Origin: Gemmatimonadales bacterium
Lineage (GTDB): Bacteria; Gemmatimonadota; Gemmatimonadetes; Gemmatimonadales; GWC2-71-9
DNA length: 45,397 bases
Assembly (NCBI GenBank): GCA_035538175.1
Contig: DATLKW010000006.1
Coordinates: 1-45,397, forward strand
Reading direction: 5' to 3'
The notes beneath the pieces are model-generated. The model made no database searches. It saw only the letters and a list, made by a program, of their open reading frames with translations, and was not told the origin of the DNA. The position numbers and the translations under genes were made by a program. The first letter of the stretch is position 1, and every line of letters starts with the position of its first letter. Shown piece after piece: positions 26,220 to 34,649 of the stretch.

Positions 26220-27530
26220 CTACTCGCGCGCCGCATCCGTGGCGTACAGCGCCGTCGCCACGCCGAGGGCGAGGCTCGCCGCAAACGCGAGCCCGGCCAC
26301 GTGCCACCGGCCGGCGAGGGGCGGCGCCCAGACGAGATACCCGAGGAAGGCCACGGTCGAAATGAGGAGCGAGACAGCGGCGCGACGACGGCCGATCGCA
26401 GCGGGCACGAGCACTCGCCCCATAGAGCTCCACACGTACACGCCGACGTAGCCCAGCACGGCTGCAGCGGTCAGCAGGATCGAGTCCTGCCCGAACCGGC
26501 CCCTCGCAAAGAAGACGGTCACGAGCGGCTCAGCGAAGAGCACTAAGGCGAGGCCAGGGATGAGGGCGAGTAGGGCGACGAGCAGGAGTGACTCTCGAAC
26601 GTGACGCCGGACTCCGGCAACATCTCCGTCGACGTGCTTCCTTGCCACGGCGGCGGTGACGGTCGCGTCGAATCCCGCGGCCACGACCCCTCCAAACACT
26701 GTGACGATGCGTAGCGCGTAGCTCAGAGCCGAGATGGCGCCAACCTCGAGGCGGGAAGCGAGCGCTCGCTCGCGAACGAAGATGAGCTGGAGGAAGGCCG
26801 CGCCCACCACGAGAGGCAAGAACTGACGAAAGAAGGTGTGCGCGCGCTTGTACCGCGGCTTGACGCGCCAGAGGCCCAGGTGCTGAACCACCGAGTAGAT
26901 CGTGGCCGCGGCGCCCAAGAGGTAGCCTCCTACGAAGAGCGCCGCGACGTACCCAACGTCCGGAGGGCCGAGCAACTGGCCGCCGGCGAGGGTCAGACCG
27001 GGCAGGAGACCGAGCAGTGCCGCATGCAGGAATCGGCCCTGCGCGTGGAGCAGCCCGAAGCAGAGGTACATCACGGGCGCCGCCGCGAGCGACAGACTCG
27101 CGCGTTGAACGAGATGGATGGTCGCTCCCACAACGCGCTCCGGCATGCCGGGCGCGAGCAACCGCACCAGGCGGTCGGCCGATAGCCAGCTCGCCACGCC
27201 CAACGCTGCCCCGCTCGCGAGCCAGATCAGGAGAAGCCCCAACGTCTCGGAGCGAGGCACGGGATCGGCCTCCTGTCTCAGGAGCTCAGCGTAGGTGAGC
27301 GCCGCCCCAATCCCGCACGCTTCCACTAAGTTGGTGCCCACGAGGGTCGGCGTCACCGCGACCCAAAACGCATCCATCTCTGCCGACGTCCCGAACGTGC
27401 GCGCCATGAGCGCGTACGACACGAAGCTGACCGCCATCCTGATTCCGAACAGCCCGTTAAGCAGCAACGCGGTGCGCGAACGCATCAGCACTGGCCGATG
27501 CCTTTTCGGTGGCCTCGTTGCCTGTGACAC
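26220..27530 (-). CDS. MOP-superfamily flippase (MurJ/MviN- or Wzx-like)
   Basis: It has 12 or more TM segments. The N-terminal block ALMARTFGTSAEMDAFWVAVTPTLV resembles the MurJ motif. The start is uncertain: GTG 27530 or ATG 27485. Confidence 0.65.
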   Translation of the reverse strand: MSQATRPPKRHRPVLMRSRTALLLNGLFGIRMAVSFVSYALMARTFGTSAEMDAFWVAVTPTLVGTNLVEACGIGAALTYAELLRQEADPVPRSETLGLLLIWLASGAALGVASWLSADRLVRLLAPGMPERVVGATIHLVQRASLSLAAAPVMYLCFGLLHAQGRFLHAALLGLLPGLTLAGGQLLGPPDVGYVAALFVGGYLLGAAATIYSVVQHLGLWRVKPRYKRAHTFFRQFLPLVVGAAFLQLIFVRERALASRLEVGAISALSYALRIVTVFGGVVAAGFDATVTAAVARKHVDGDVAGVRRHVRESLLLVALLALIPGLALVLFAEPLVTVFFARGRFGQDSILLTAAAVLGYVGVYVWSSMGRVLVPAAIGRRRAAVSLLISTVAFLGYLVWAPPLAGRWHVAGLAFAASLALGVATALYATDAARE

Positions 27531-27567
27531 CGAGGGCCAGATGTGGGGCGCCTGGCGGCGAGGAGTA

Positions 27568-28359
27568 TCAAACGGCGCGCGCGATCACGCGGAGCGTGCC
27601 ACTCAGCCGGAGGCGCTGCAGGAGGACCGAGCACACCCGCTGCGGCCGGGTCATTCGGGCGTCGCGCAAGACGCACGGCAGATACGACGCGGCGAATCCG
27701 GCTCGGCGCAGTAGGTAGCGCACGGATTGCGGAGAAAACAGGAACAGGTGCGTCGGATTGGTCGCCTGATCCCATCGCGCGCCGAGGAGGCGCGCCTGGG
27801 GGGCGCGACGATTGGGGACCGACAGGTAGAGCACCCCTCCCGGGCGCAGCAGAGCTCGCAACTCGGTGAGCAGGCTCAGGGGAGCGCGCACGTGTTCGAG
27901 CACGTCCAAAAGAGCGATAAGGTCATACGCCTGGCCCTTTCGCTCCAACGGGACATCCGCCAGCTCCTTAAACACCCGTACGCCGCGGCGCACCGCCAGC
28001 GCCCGGGCAACCGCGTCGGCCTCGACCCCATCTACCTCCGCCCCCCATCGCGCGACCTCATCGGCGAAATCGCCCGCACCGCATCCGAAATCAAGCACGC
28101 GACCGCCCTTCGAAGGCAACAACCTGTGGCCAGCCAAACACGAGACGAGTTGCTTGATGAGCTCGCGAGGCGTGTTTTCGTAGACCGGCTTCCTCGCGTC
28201 GCTCGCGGGATAGTACCGCTCGCGATAGGCTTGTTCGAGTTCGGTGTCGGACGCCTGCGGGTGCGCGAACAGTACGTCGCACGACGCACACGCGAAGAAT
28301 GGAAGGTCATGCCATTGCTGCTTGGCCAGGTTCGCAGAGCCGCAGCCGAGGCATCGCAT
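27568..28359 (-). CDS. Class I SAM-dependent methyltransferase with an N-terminal zinc ribbon
   Basis: ATG 28359 is preceded by GAGGGG. The zinc ribbon is MRCLGCGS...CASCD. SAM motif I is VLDFGCGAGDF. DLIALLDVLEHV and LRPGGVLYLSVPN are also present. Confidence 0.8.
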   Translation of the reverse strand: MRCLGCGSANLAKQQWHDLPFFACASCDVLFAHPQASDTELEQAYRERYYPASDARKPVYENTPRELIKQLVSCLAGHRLLPSKGGRVLDFGCGAGDFADEVARWGAEVDGVEADAVARALAVRRGVRVFKELADVPLERKGQAYDLIALLDVLEHVRAPLSLLTELRALLRPGGVLYLSVPNRRAPQARLLGARWDQATNPTHLFLFSPQSVRYLLRRAGFAASYLPCVLRDARMTRPQRVCSVLLQRLRLSGTLRVIARAV

Positions 28360-28498
28360 CGACTGCCCCTCGATCGGAAGGTAGCAAGATAGGCGCCACC
28401 AATCTCGTGAGCCAGGCGGCCACGTGCACGGCACGCAGCGATACCTTCCGTGCAGGCCCGAGCGGGCTTAAGATCACGCTCCGCGTCACCGCCCCTGT

Positions 28499-29344
28499 TT
28501 GCGAATCGTCCAAGGAGAGCTTGGTGGGCTGCTTGAGAGCAGTATCGAAAAGGTGAAGTTCGGGCTCTACTGGCCGTTTCGACGAACGCCATTCCGGCCG
28601 TGGTACAGGGCGTACAAGAAGAGCCGGATCCTAGCTGAACTGAGGGCCGGAAGGTTCAACGCGAGGCGACTGCCCGAGGGATTTGGTCAAGGCATCGACG
28701 AGCGAATCGTCGAATACACCTGGATGTTTTCTCGACTCGCTGCTCATGCCGGCAAGCTGCTCGACGCGGGTTCCGTTCTAAACTTCGACTATTTGCTCGA
28801 GCACCCCCTCTTACGCTCGAAGCAGATCTTTATCTGCACCTTGGCTCCCGAGCAGCGCTGCTTCTGGTCGACGGGAGCTTCTTATGTCTATGGCGATCTG
28901 CGGCGCACCTGCTTTCGCGACAACTACTTTGACTGGGTCGTGAGCCTCTCCACGCTGGAACACATAGGCATGGACAATACGACGCACTATGTGCGCGGTG
29001 CTCGCCCGGAGAAGGATCTCCATGCCCATCTCGAAGCCGTTCGCGAGTGGCGTCGAATCCTCCGTCCTGGGGGCACGCTCTACTTGAGCTTCCCCTTTGG
29101 CTCTTATGCGGATCACGGTTGGTTTCAGGTTTTCAACGCCGAAATGTTAGTCGCCGTGATCGACGCGTTCAGCCCCGCCCGCGCGGAGGAGCACCACTTC
29201 AAGTGGGAACCGTCGGGTTGGCAAGTCTCCTCGAGGCAGGGGTCCGCGACTGCCCGTTACTACGACTGGCATCGTGAACGGGGTTATCGCTCCGACCTGC
29301 CGGTCGCGGCCGGCGCGGTAGCATGCCTAGAGCTGGAGAAATGA
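28499..29344 (+). CDS. Methyltransferase-like protein (class I fold, divergent)
   Basis: The track ORF starts at TTG and an alternative GTG lies at 28553. Matching blocks are KLLDAGSVLNFDY, FDWVVSLSTLEHIGMDN and LRPGGTLYLSFPFG. G+C is visibly lower, with many A/T-ending codons. Confidence 0.55.
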   Translation: MRIVQGELGGLLESSIEKVKFGLYWPFRRTPFRPWYRAYKKSRILAELRAGRFNARRLPEGFGQGIDERIVEYTWMFSRLAAHAGKLLDAGSVLNFDYLLEHPLLRSKQIFICTLAPEQRCFWSTGASYVYGDLRRTCFRDNYFDWVVSLSTLEHIGMDNTTHYVRGARPEKDLHAHLEAVREWRRILRPGGTLYLSFPFGSYADHGWFQVFNAEMLVAVIDAFSPARAEEHHFKWEPSGWQVSSRQGSATARYYDWHRERGYRSDLPVAAGAVACLELEK

Positions 29345-29668
29345 GCATTGGGGCGAGGTACCGCGAACCCGGCGCGCCGTGGACGATCTCATCGACCACC
29401 GTGAAACCCGTAATCCGTCGGCGTCAATGGGGGTCGAGCGTTCGAGAAAGGCCGCGCCGAGCCGATCGAGCTCGGTCGTCGTAGCGTCCGACCCACCAGG
29501 GGGACAGCCTCGTCGACGTGAGGCGCGGACTCGATGTCCGCGACGTCGCCCCCGAGCGGCCAGGGGGCGGTGAGACCTGGTGCGCATGGGAGGCTGCAAG
29601 GCCCGTGCAGGTCTCGAAGGTCCAAGCCGAGCTTTGGGACGGACGGGGCGTTTATATTGGGGCCGCCC

Positions 29669-31021
29669 ATGACCACCCCTCCACCGTCCGCCGATCGCTG
29701 GGGCGATCGGCTACCGCGCCGACTCGGGCTCTGGAGCGCCGTGGCGGTGCTTGTCGGCTCGACCATCGGCAGCGGCATCTTTCGCACTCCGGCGGTGATC
29801 GCGGCGCGAGTCCCGTCGCCGGGACACATGCTCATTGTGTGGGTACTCGGTGGCCTCCTTGCGCTCTGTGGAGCGCTCACCTACGCCGAGCTCGCCGCGA
29901 TGTTCCCGCGCTCGGGCGGCGTGTTCGTCTACATTCGCGAAGGCTTCGGGCGGCTGCCCGCGTTTCTCTTCGGGTGGACGGAGCTCGTGATCATTCGAGC
30001 GTCAGCGCTCGGCGCGATCGCCACCCCGTTCGCGGAGTACTTGTTGCGGTCGCTGGGCTTCGATCCACGGGTGCCGCCCTACGCTGGCGCCGTGCACTAC
30101 GTGGCGGCGCTCGCCATCGCCGTCACGGCCGGCCTGAACTACGTCGGGGTCCGCTGGAGCGCGCTCGTCCTCAACCTCACCACCTCCGCTAAGTACGGCG
30201 CGCTCGTCCTGCTCGTCGCGCTCGCCTTCTTGTCAGGTCGGGGCGACTTCACCCACTACGCGGCCACGGGGACCCCCGTCTCGGGGGGCTTGTTCGGGCT
30301 CGCCCTCGTCTCCGTGCTGTGGGCCTACGACGGATGGGGCGACCTGTCGTTCGTGGGCGGGGAGGTGCGGGACCCCGAGCGGAACCTGCCCCGGGCGTTG
30401 GTGCTCGGGACCGTCGCCATCATCGCCATCTATCTGCTGGCGAACGCCGCCTACCTCTACCTCATCCCGATCGCGGAGATGGCGCACTCCCCGCTCGTTG
30501 CTGCGGACGCCGCGCAGCTCCTCGTCGGTCGCTTGGGCGTCGGGATCATCGCCACGGTCGTCATGATCGCGACCTTCAGCACGCTGCTCGGCTCGATGCT
30601 CACCGCCCCGCGCATCTTCTTCGCCATGGCCGACGACGGCCTGTTCTTCGAGAGCGTCGCGCGGGTCCATCCGCGCTACCAGACCCCGTCGGTCTCGATT
30701 CTCCTCACCGGCGCGCTCGGGATCGCGTTCGTGCTTGCCCAGACGTTCGAGGAGCTGGCCGATCAGTTCGTCGTCGCGATCTTCCCGTTCTACGCGCTCG
30801 CGGCCGCGGCGGTGTTCGTGCTCCGGCGCCGCCGGCCCGACGCCCCCCGCGCGGTCCGGGTGCTCGGGTACCCCGCCGTGCCCCTCCTCTTCGTCGCCGC
30901 GTCGCTCTTGATCCTCGGCAATGCGCTGCGCGAACATCCCGCAGCCACGGGCCTCGCGTTCCTGATCATCCTGGCGGGGATTCCGGCCTATCACCTCTGG
31001 CGCCGCTTCGGCACCGCCTGA
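29669..31021 (+). CDS. APC-superfamily amino acid permease
   Basis: ATG 29669 is in frame with track ORF 29534..31021. Matching blocks are LGLWSAVAVLVGSTIGSGIFRTPA, LCGALTYAELAAMFPRSGGVFVY and GEVRDPERNLPRAL. TATATT lies 10 nt upstream of the ATG and there is no SD. Confidence 0.85.
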   Translation: MTTPPPSADRWGDRLPRRLGLWSAVAVLVGSTIGSGIFRTPAVIAARVPSPGHMLIVWVLGGLLALCGALTYAELAAMFPRSGGVFVYIREGFGRLPAFLFGWTELVIIRASALGAIATPFAEYLLRSLGFDPRVPPYAGAVHYVAALAIAVTAGLNYVGVRWSALVLNLTTSAKYGALVLLVALAFLSGRGDFTHYAATGTPVSGGLFGLALVSVLWAYDGWGDLSFVGGEVRDPERNLPRALVLGTVAIIAIYLLANAAYLYLIPIAEMAHSPLVAADAAQLLVGRLGVGIIATVVMIATFSTLLGSMLTAPRIFFAMADDGLFFESVARVHPRYQTPSVSILLTGALGIAFVLAQTFEELADQFVVAIFPFYALAAAAVFVLRRRRPDAPRAVRVLGYPAVPLLFVAASLLILGNALREHPAATGLAFLIILAGIPAYHLWRRFGTA

Positions 31022-31025
31022 ACGC

Positions 31026-31058
31026 AAAACGAAACCGCCCCCCGTGCGGAGGGCGGCT
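31026..31058 (-). terminator. Intrinsic terminator hairpin (probably bidirectional) between convergent genes
   Basis: The minus strand reads CCGCCCTCCGCACGGGGGGCGG followed by TTTCGTTTTGCGTT. On the plus strand the stem is preceded by an A-rich tract. Confidence 0.6.
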
Positions 31059-31085
31059 CGGGACGGCGATGGCGTCGGCGCGGAC

Positions 31086-34000
31086 CTAGTTGAGCAGGTA
31101 GCGCACGCCGAGCTGCAGGCGCCACACGTCGGAGAGCGTCGGGATCTTCTGGAACGAGTGGGAGATCAACTGGCCGCCCTGCGCCGCCAGTTTATACATC
31201 GGGGCGCCTGTGGCATCCACGCCCGCGAAGACTAGCGGTTGCTGGGTCACGAAGTTCTGCGAGACGCCCCAATCGTTGTGGAGCAGGTTGGTCAGGTTCA
31301 CGATATCGAGCCGGATCTGGAGCCGCTGGGGACGGCCGGCGACGCGTTCGCCCACATCCTGCGAGATCGTCAGGTCGGCCCGGTACACCATCGGCAGGAA
31401 GACGGCGTTGCGCTCCGCGTACCCGCCGCGCCGCGTGCGGAGATAGTCGTCCTGCTCGATGAAGGCGTTCCACGCCGCCTGTTGCTGGGCCCGCGTATAC
31501 GTCGTCCCGGCCACGGTCAACGGCACGAAGTTCATCTCGCTCGTATCGCGCGCCACGTAGATCAGGTCGTTGCCGAACGCGCCGTCGCCGTTCATGTCGC
31601 CCCCGAACTCGTAGCTGAAGTTACCGGGGCTGCGGCCCTCGAAGTACAGGCTCGCGTTGGTCGCGCCGATCCCGAACAGGTCGCGGCTATAACTGACCAC
31701 ACCGAAGATCCGCGGGCCCGCCGCGAACTGGGAGTTGGCCGAGGCTGGATTGTTCGGGTCCCGGAAGATCGGGTTGCCCGTCCACGAGCTCACGGCGATC
31801 GATTGTGCGTCCACCGTGTTCTTGCTCGCGCCGTAGCTGTACCCGACCTTCGCGAACACGCTGTTCGCGAACGGCCGCTCGAGCGAGAACGCGACGTTCC
31901 AGGAGTGACCCACGCCCTCGTTCGTGAGCACCGTGGCATCGCTCACGTTTCGGTAGATCCGGTTTGAGGTCCAGCGCGGGCGCCGGTCGGGACCGGCGAA
32001 GTACGCCTGCGGCGCCGGCAGGTTGGCGTTGATGTAACCGATCCCGTTCACGTCCTTGGAATAGAGGTATTCCGCGGTGCCCGTGAGGTCCCAGGGGAGC
32101 CGCTGATCCACCGCGAGGTTGCTGCGCCACACTTGCGGGAACTTGAAATTCGGGTCCGTGAGCGCGAGCTGGAAGTTCGTCGCGGGCGCCCCGGTGACGT
32201 TCGTGGGCTTGTACGCGTCCGGGTTCGGGTTGAAGGGGTAGTTGACGGTCGTGTCGTGTTGAATGAAGCCCGTGAGCACGCCGGTGTTCCCGACCTGGTT
32301 CGAGATCCAGACATAGGCGGGGCGGCCGGTAAAGATCCCGGTCCCGCCGCGGATCTGCGTCTGCTGCTTCCCATCGACGTCGTAGTTGAACCCGAGCCGG
32401 GGCGAGACCAAGGCGTTCACGCCCGGGAGACTGCCGCTGTTGTAGTGCACCGGCGCCCCACTCCCATCGCGGAACGTCATCGTGTCCGCCACCGGGTTGT
32501 CGTACGCGGTGTTCGTGAACTTGGGGAAGTCGATTCGCAGCCCGCCGGTGAGCGTGAGATTGGGAATCGGCCGCCACTCGTCCTGCGCGTACGCGCCGGC
32601 GTACAAAACGTCGAGCGGCTGGACCGGTTCGGTCTGTCCCGGAATGTTCGAGTACCGGACCTGGAAGCGGCGCAGTGTGACGGGTGCCGGCGCTTTGCGG
32701 CCGGGGTTCGCGAGATAGGCGTTCGCGTCGGTGTAGAAGTCGGCGAGCGAATTGTACACGTAGACGCTCTGGGCGCCCGGGAAGAAGACGTTGGTCGAGT
32801 GATACTTCTCAACGCTGACCCCGAAGGTCACCGAATGCCGGGGCAAATAGACGGTGAAGTTGTCCTGGAACTGGGTGCTGTGATACCGCAGCTGATTGTC
32901 GGGCGTGAACGGCTCGAACCCAAACGTGGTGTAGTTGGTGCCCCCCGACAGGATCTCCACCAGCGGGAACCACGGCGGGTGGATGGTCTTCCGACTCTCG
33001 TCGCTGTACGAGTACCCGACGATGAGGTTGTTGGACAGGTTGTTCCCGATGGTCGAGTTCCACTCGCCCACCACCGTGCGGATCTGCTCCAAAATCGCGT
33101 AGTTCGAGTTCGCGAAGTTGAGCGAGTTCCCGGTGCCGCGGCGATTCCCGAAGCCCAAGGCCCCCGAGTTGGAGACCAGAACGTCGGAGCTTGAGTTCAA
33201 CAGGTTGAACCGCAGGGTCACCTTGTTGCGCTCGTTCCAATTGTAGTCCACGCGCGTGATGAAACGCGTCGCGGGGACCGAGAAGTCGTAGCCCTGATAC
33301 GGGCCCGTCGAATAGTTGAAGTTCTGTTTCAGGTAGGCGCTGAGGGCGTCCAGGTCCGACGCCAGAACGCGTGTCGTCGCGCCGCTGTCTGGCTGACCGC
33401 CCGTGTTCGCCAGGAACGTCGTGCCGGGCGCGGTCTGGCCGTCGTTCTCGAAGCTCGCGAAGAGGAAGAGGCGGTCCCGGACGATCGGTCCGCCGATCGA
33501 GGCGCCGAAGTCGTGAAACTTGAACGTGCCCGGGTTGAACGTGTTCGGGCCTGCGGTGGTGCCCACGAAGCTGTTGTTGCGGTAGTTGTAGTAGAGCGAA
33601 CCGCTGAACTCGTTCGTTCCGCTTCGCGTGACCATGTTGATACCGGCGCCCGTGAAATTCCCCTGACGCACATCGTAGGGCGCCACGTTTACCTGCACCT
33701 GCTGCACCGCATCGAGCGAGATGGCGGCGACGAGGGTCCGGTCGCCGGGCTCGCCGCCTAACCCGAACGAGTTGTTAAAGTAGGAGCCATCGACGGTCAT
33801 GTTGTTGAAGCGGTTGTCCTGGCCGGCAAACGAATACCCCGTCCGCCCCGTCGAGCCGCCCAGGCTCACGCTGGTGAACTGCGGGGTGAGCCGGAGCAGG
33901 TCCTCGAGCCCGCGCGTGATCGTCGGGAGGTGGCTGATCTCCGTGGTCCCGACGGTCGTGGCGGCCCCGGTGCGCTCGGAACTAAAGACGGCGTTGGTCC

Positions 34001-34379
34001 TGGCGTTGACCGTCACCGGCTCCAACTCCACGCTCGCGCGCCCCAAGAGGAAGCGCAGATCCGCGGTGCCCCCGAGGGTAAGGTTGATGCCGTCCTGCAC
34101 CTCCCGCCGGTACCCCAGCATGACGACGCTCACGCGATACGGTCCGCCGACGCGCATGCCGGGAATGGTGAACCGGCCGTCCGCTCGCGACCCGGCGGCG
34201 TAGGTGGTGCCGGAGGGCCCGTGCAGGGCCACCACACGCGCGCCCTCGAGCGGGACGCCGGAGGAGTCGCTGACGATCCCGGCGATCGCCGCGGTCGTCA
34301 CGCCCTGCGCGCGAAGGGCCGTTGCCCCCGCGCACAGCGCGGTCACCAAGAGCAGGCCAACGTAGCAGGTGAGCTTCAT
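31086..34379 (-). CDS. TonB-dependent outer-membrane receptor with an N-terminal carboxypeptidase-regulatory-like domain
   Basis: ATG 34379 (MKLTCYVGLLLVTALCAGATALRAQG, signal peptide) is preceded by GGGGGGA. The CarboxypepD_reg-like block is IAGIVSDSSGVPLEGARVVALHGPSGTTYAAGSRADGRFTIPGMRVGGPY. A plug and a roughly 900-aa beta-barrel follow, ending in ...LGVRYLLN. Confidence 0.85.
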   Translation of the reverse strand: MKLTCYVGLLLVTALCAGATALRAQGVTTAAIAGIVSDSSGVPLEGARVVALHGPSGTTYAAGSRADGRFTIPGMRVGGPYRVSVVMLGYRREVQDGINLTLGGTADLRFLLGRASVELEPVTVNARTNAVFSSERTGAATTVGTTEISHLPTITRGLEDLLRLTPQFTSVSLGGSTGRTGYSFAGQDNRFNNMTVDGSYFNNSFGLGGEPGDRTLVAAISLDAVQQVQVNVAPYDVRQGNFTGAGINMVTRSGTNEFSGSLYYNYRNNSFVGTTAGPNTFNPGTFKFHDFGASIGGPIVRDRLFLFASFENDGQTAPGTTFLANTGGQPDSGATTRVLASDLDALSAYLKQNFNYSTGPYQGYDFSVPATRFITRVDYNWNERNKVTLRFNLLNSSSDVLVSNSGALGFGNRRGTGNSLNFANSNYAILEQIRTVVGEWNSTIGNNLSNNLIVGYSYSDESRKTIHPPWFPLVEILSGGTNYTTFGFEPFTPDNQLRYHSTQFQDNFTVYLPRHSVTFGVSVEKYHSTNVFFPGAQSVYVYNSLADFYTDANAYLANPGRKAPAPVTLRRFQVRYSNIPGQTEPVQPLDVLYAGAYAQDEWRPIPNLTLTGGLRIDFPKFTNTAYDNPVADTMTFRDGSGAPVHYNSGSLPGVNALVSPRLGFNYDVDGKQQTQIRGGTGIFTGRPAYVWISNQVGNTGVLTGFIQHDTTVNYPFNPNPDAYKPTNVTGAPATNFQLALTDPNFKFPQVWRSNLAVDQRLPWDLTGTAEYLYSKDVNGIGYINANLPAPQAYFAGPDRRPRWTSNRIYRNVSDATVLTNEGVGHSWNVAFSLERPFANSVFAKVGYSYGASKNTVDAQSIAVSSWTGNPIFRDPNNPASANSQFAAGPRIFGVVSYSRDLFGIGATNASLYFEGRSPGNFSYEFGGDMNGDGAFGNDLIYVARDTSEMNFVPLTVAGTTYTRAQQQAAWNAFIEQDDYLRTRRGGYAERNAVFLPMVYRADLTISQDVGERVAGRPQRLQIRLDIVNLTNLLHNDWGVSQNFVTQQPLVFAGVDATGAPMYKLAAQGGQLISHSFQKIPTLSDVWRLQLGVRYLLN

Positions 34380-34483
34380 CCAAATCCCCCCGCCGAAGGG
34401 TTGAAGGACTAAACGCACACGATCGCGAGACGGGCACGCAGCGGTCTGCCGCGTCAGAGTGGTGAAGAGGCACCCCGGCGCCG

Positions 34484-34503
34484 GACGCGTCAAGTAACGC
34501 GTC
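34484..34503. promoter_or_regulatory. 7-6-7 inverted repeat GACGCGT-caagta-ACGCGTC upstream of the receptor gene
   Basis: Read directly from the sequence. It lies about 105 to 125 nt upstream of ATG 34379, next to a GGTTGTC direct repeat (minus strand GGTTGTCAAGTGGTTGTC). Confidence 0.3.
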
Positions 34504-34649
34504 TGTCTCGTCTGACGGGACAACCACTTGACAACCGTGGTGGCCCCGGGCTGACGGGGGTGGCGTGCGGCGGGGCTAGGCCTTCAAGGAGCTGGAGGCG
34601 GGGGGCGACGGACGGTCGCTTCGGGGGGCGCGGGGGTCCTGCCCAGACA

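Noticed and set aside
29341-29484. A 47-codon plus-strand ORF whose ATG overlaps the stop of the methyltransferase-like gene (ATGA).
   Set aside because: The sequence (MSIGARYREPGAPWTISSTTVKPVIRRRQWGSSVREGRAEPIELGRR) has no SD, no hydrophobic or structured character and no obvious codon bias. It is likely fortuitous.
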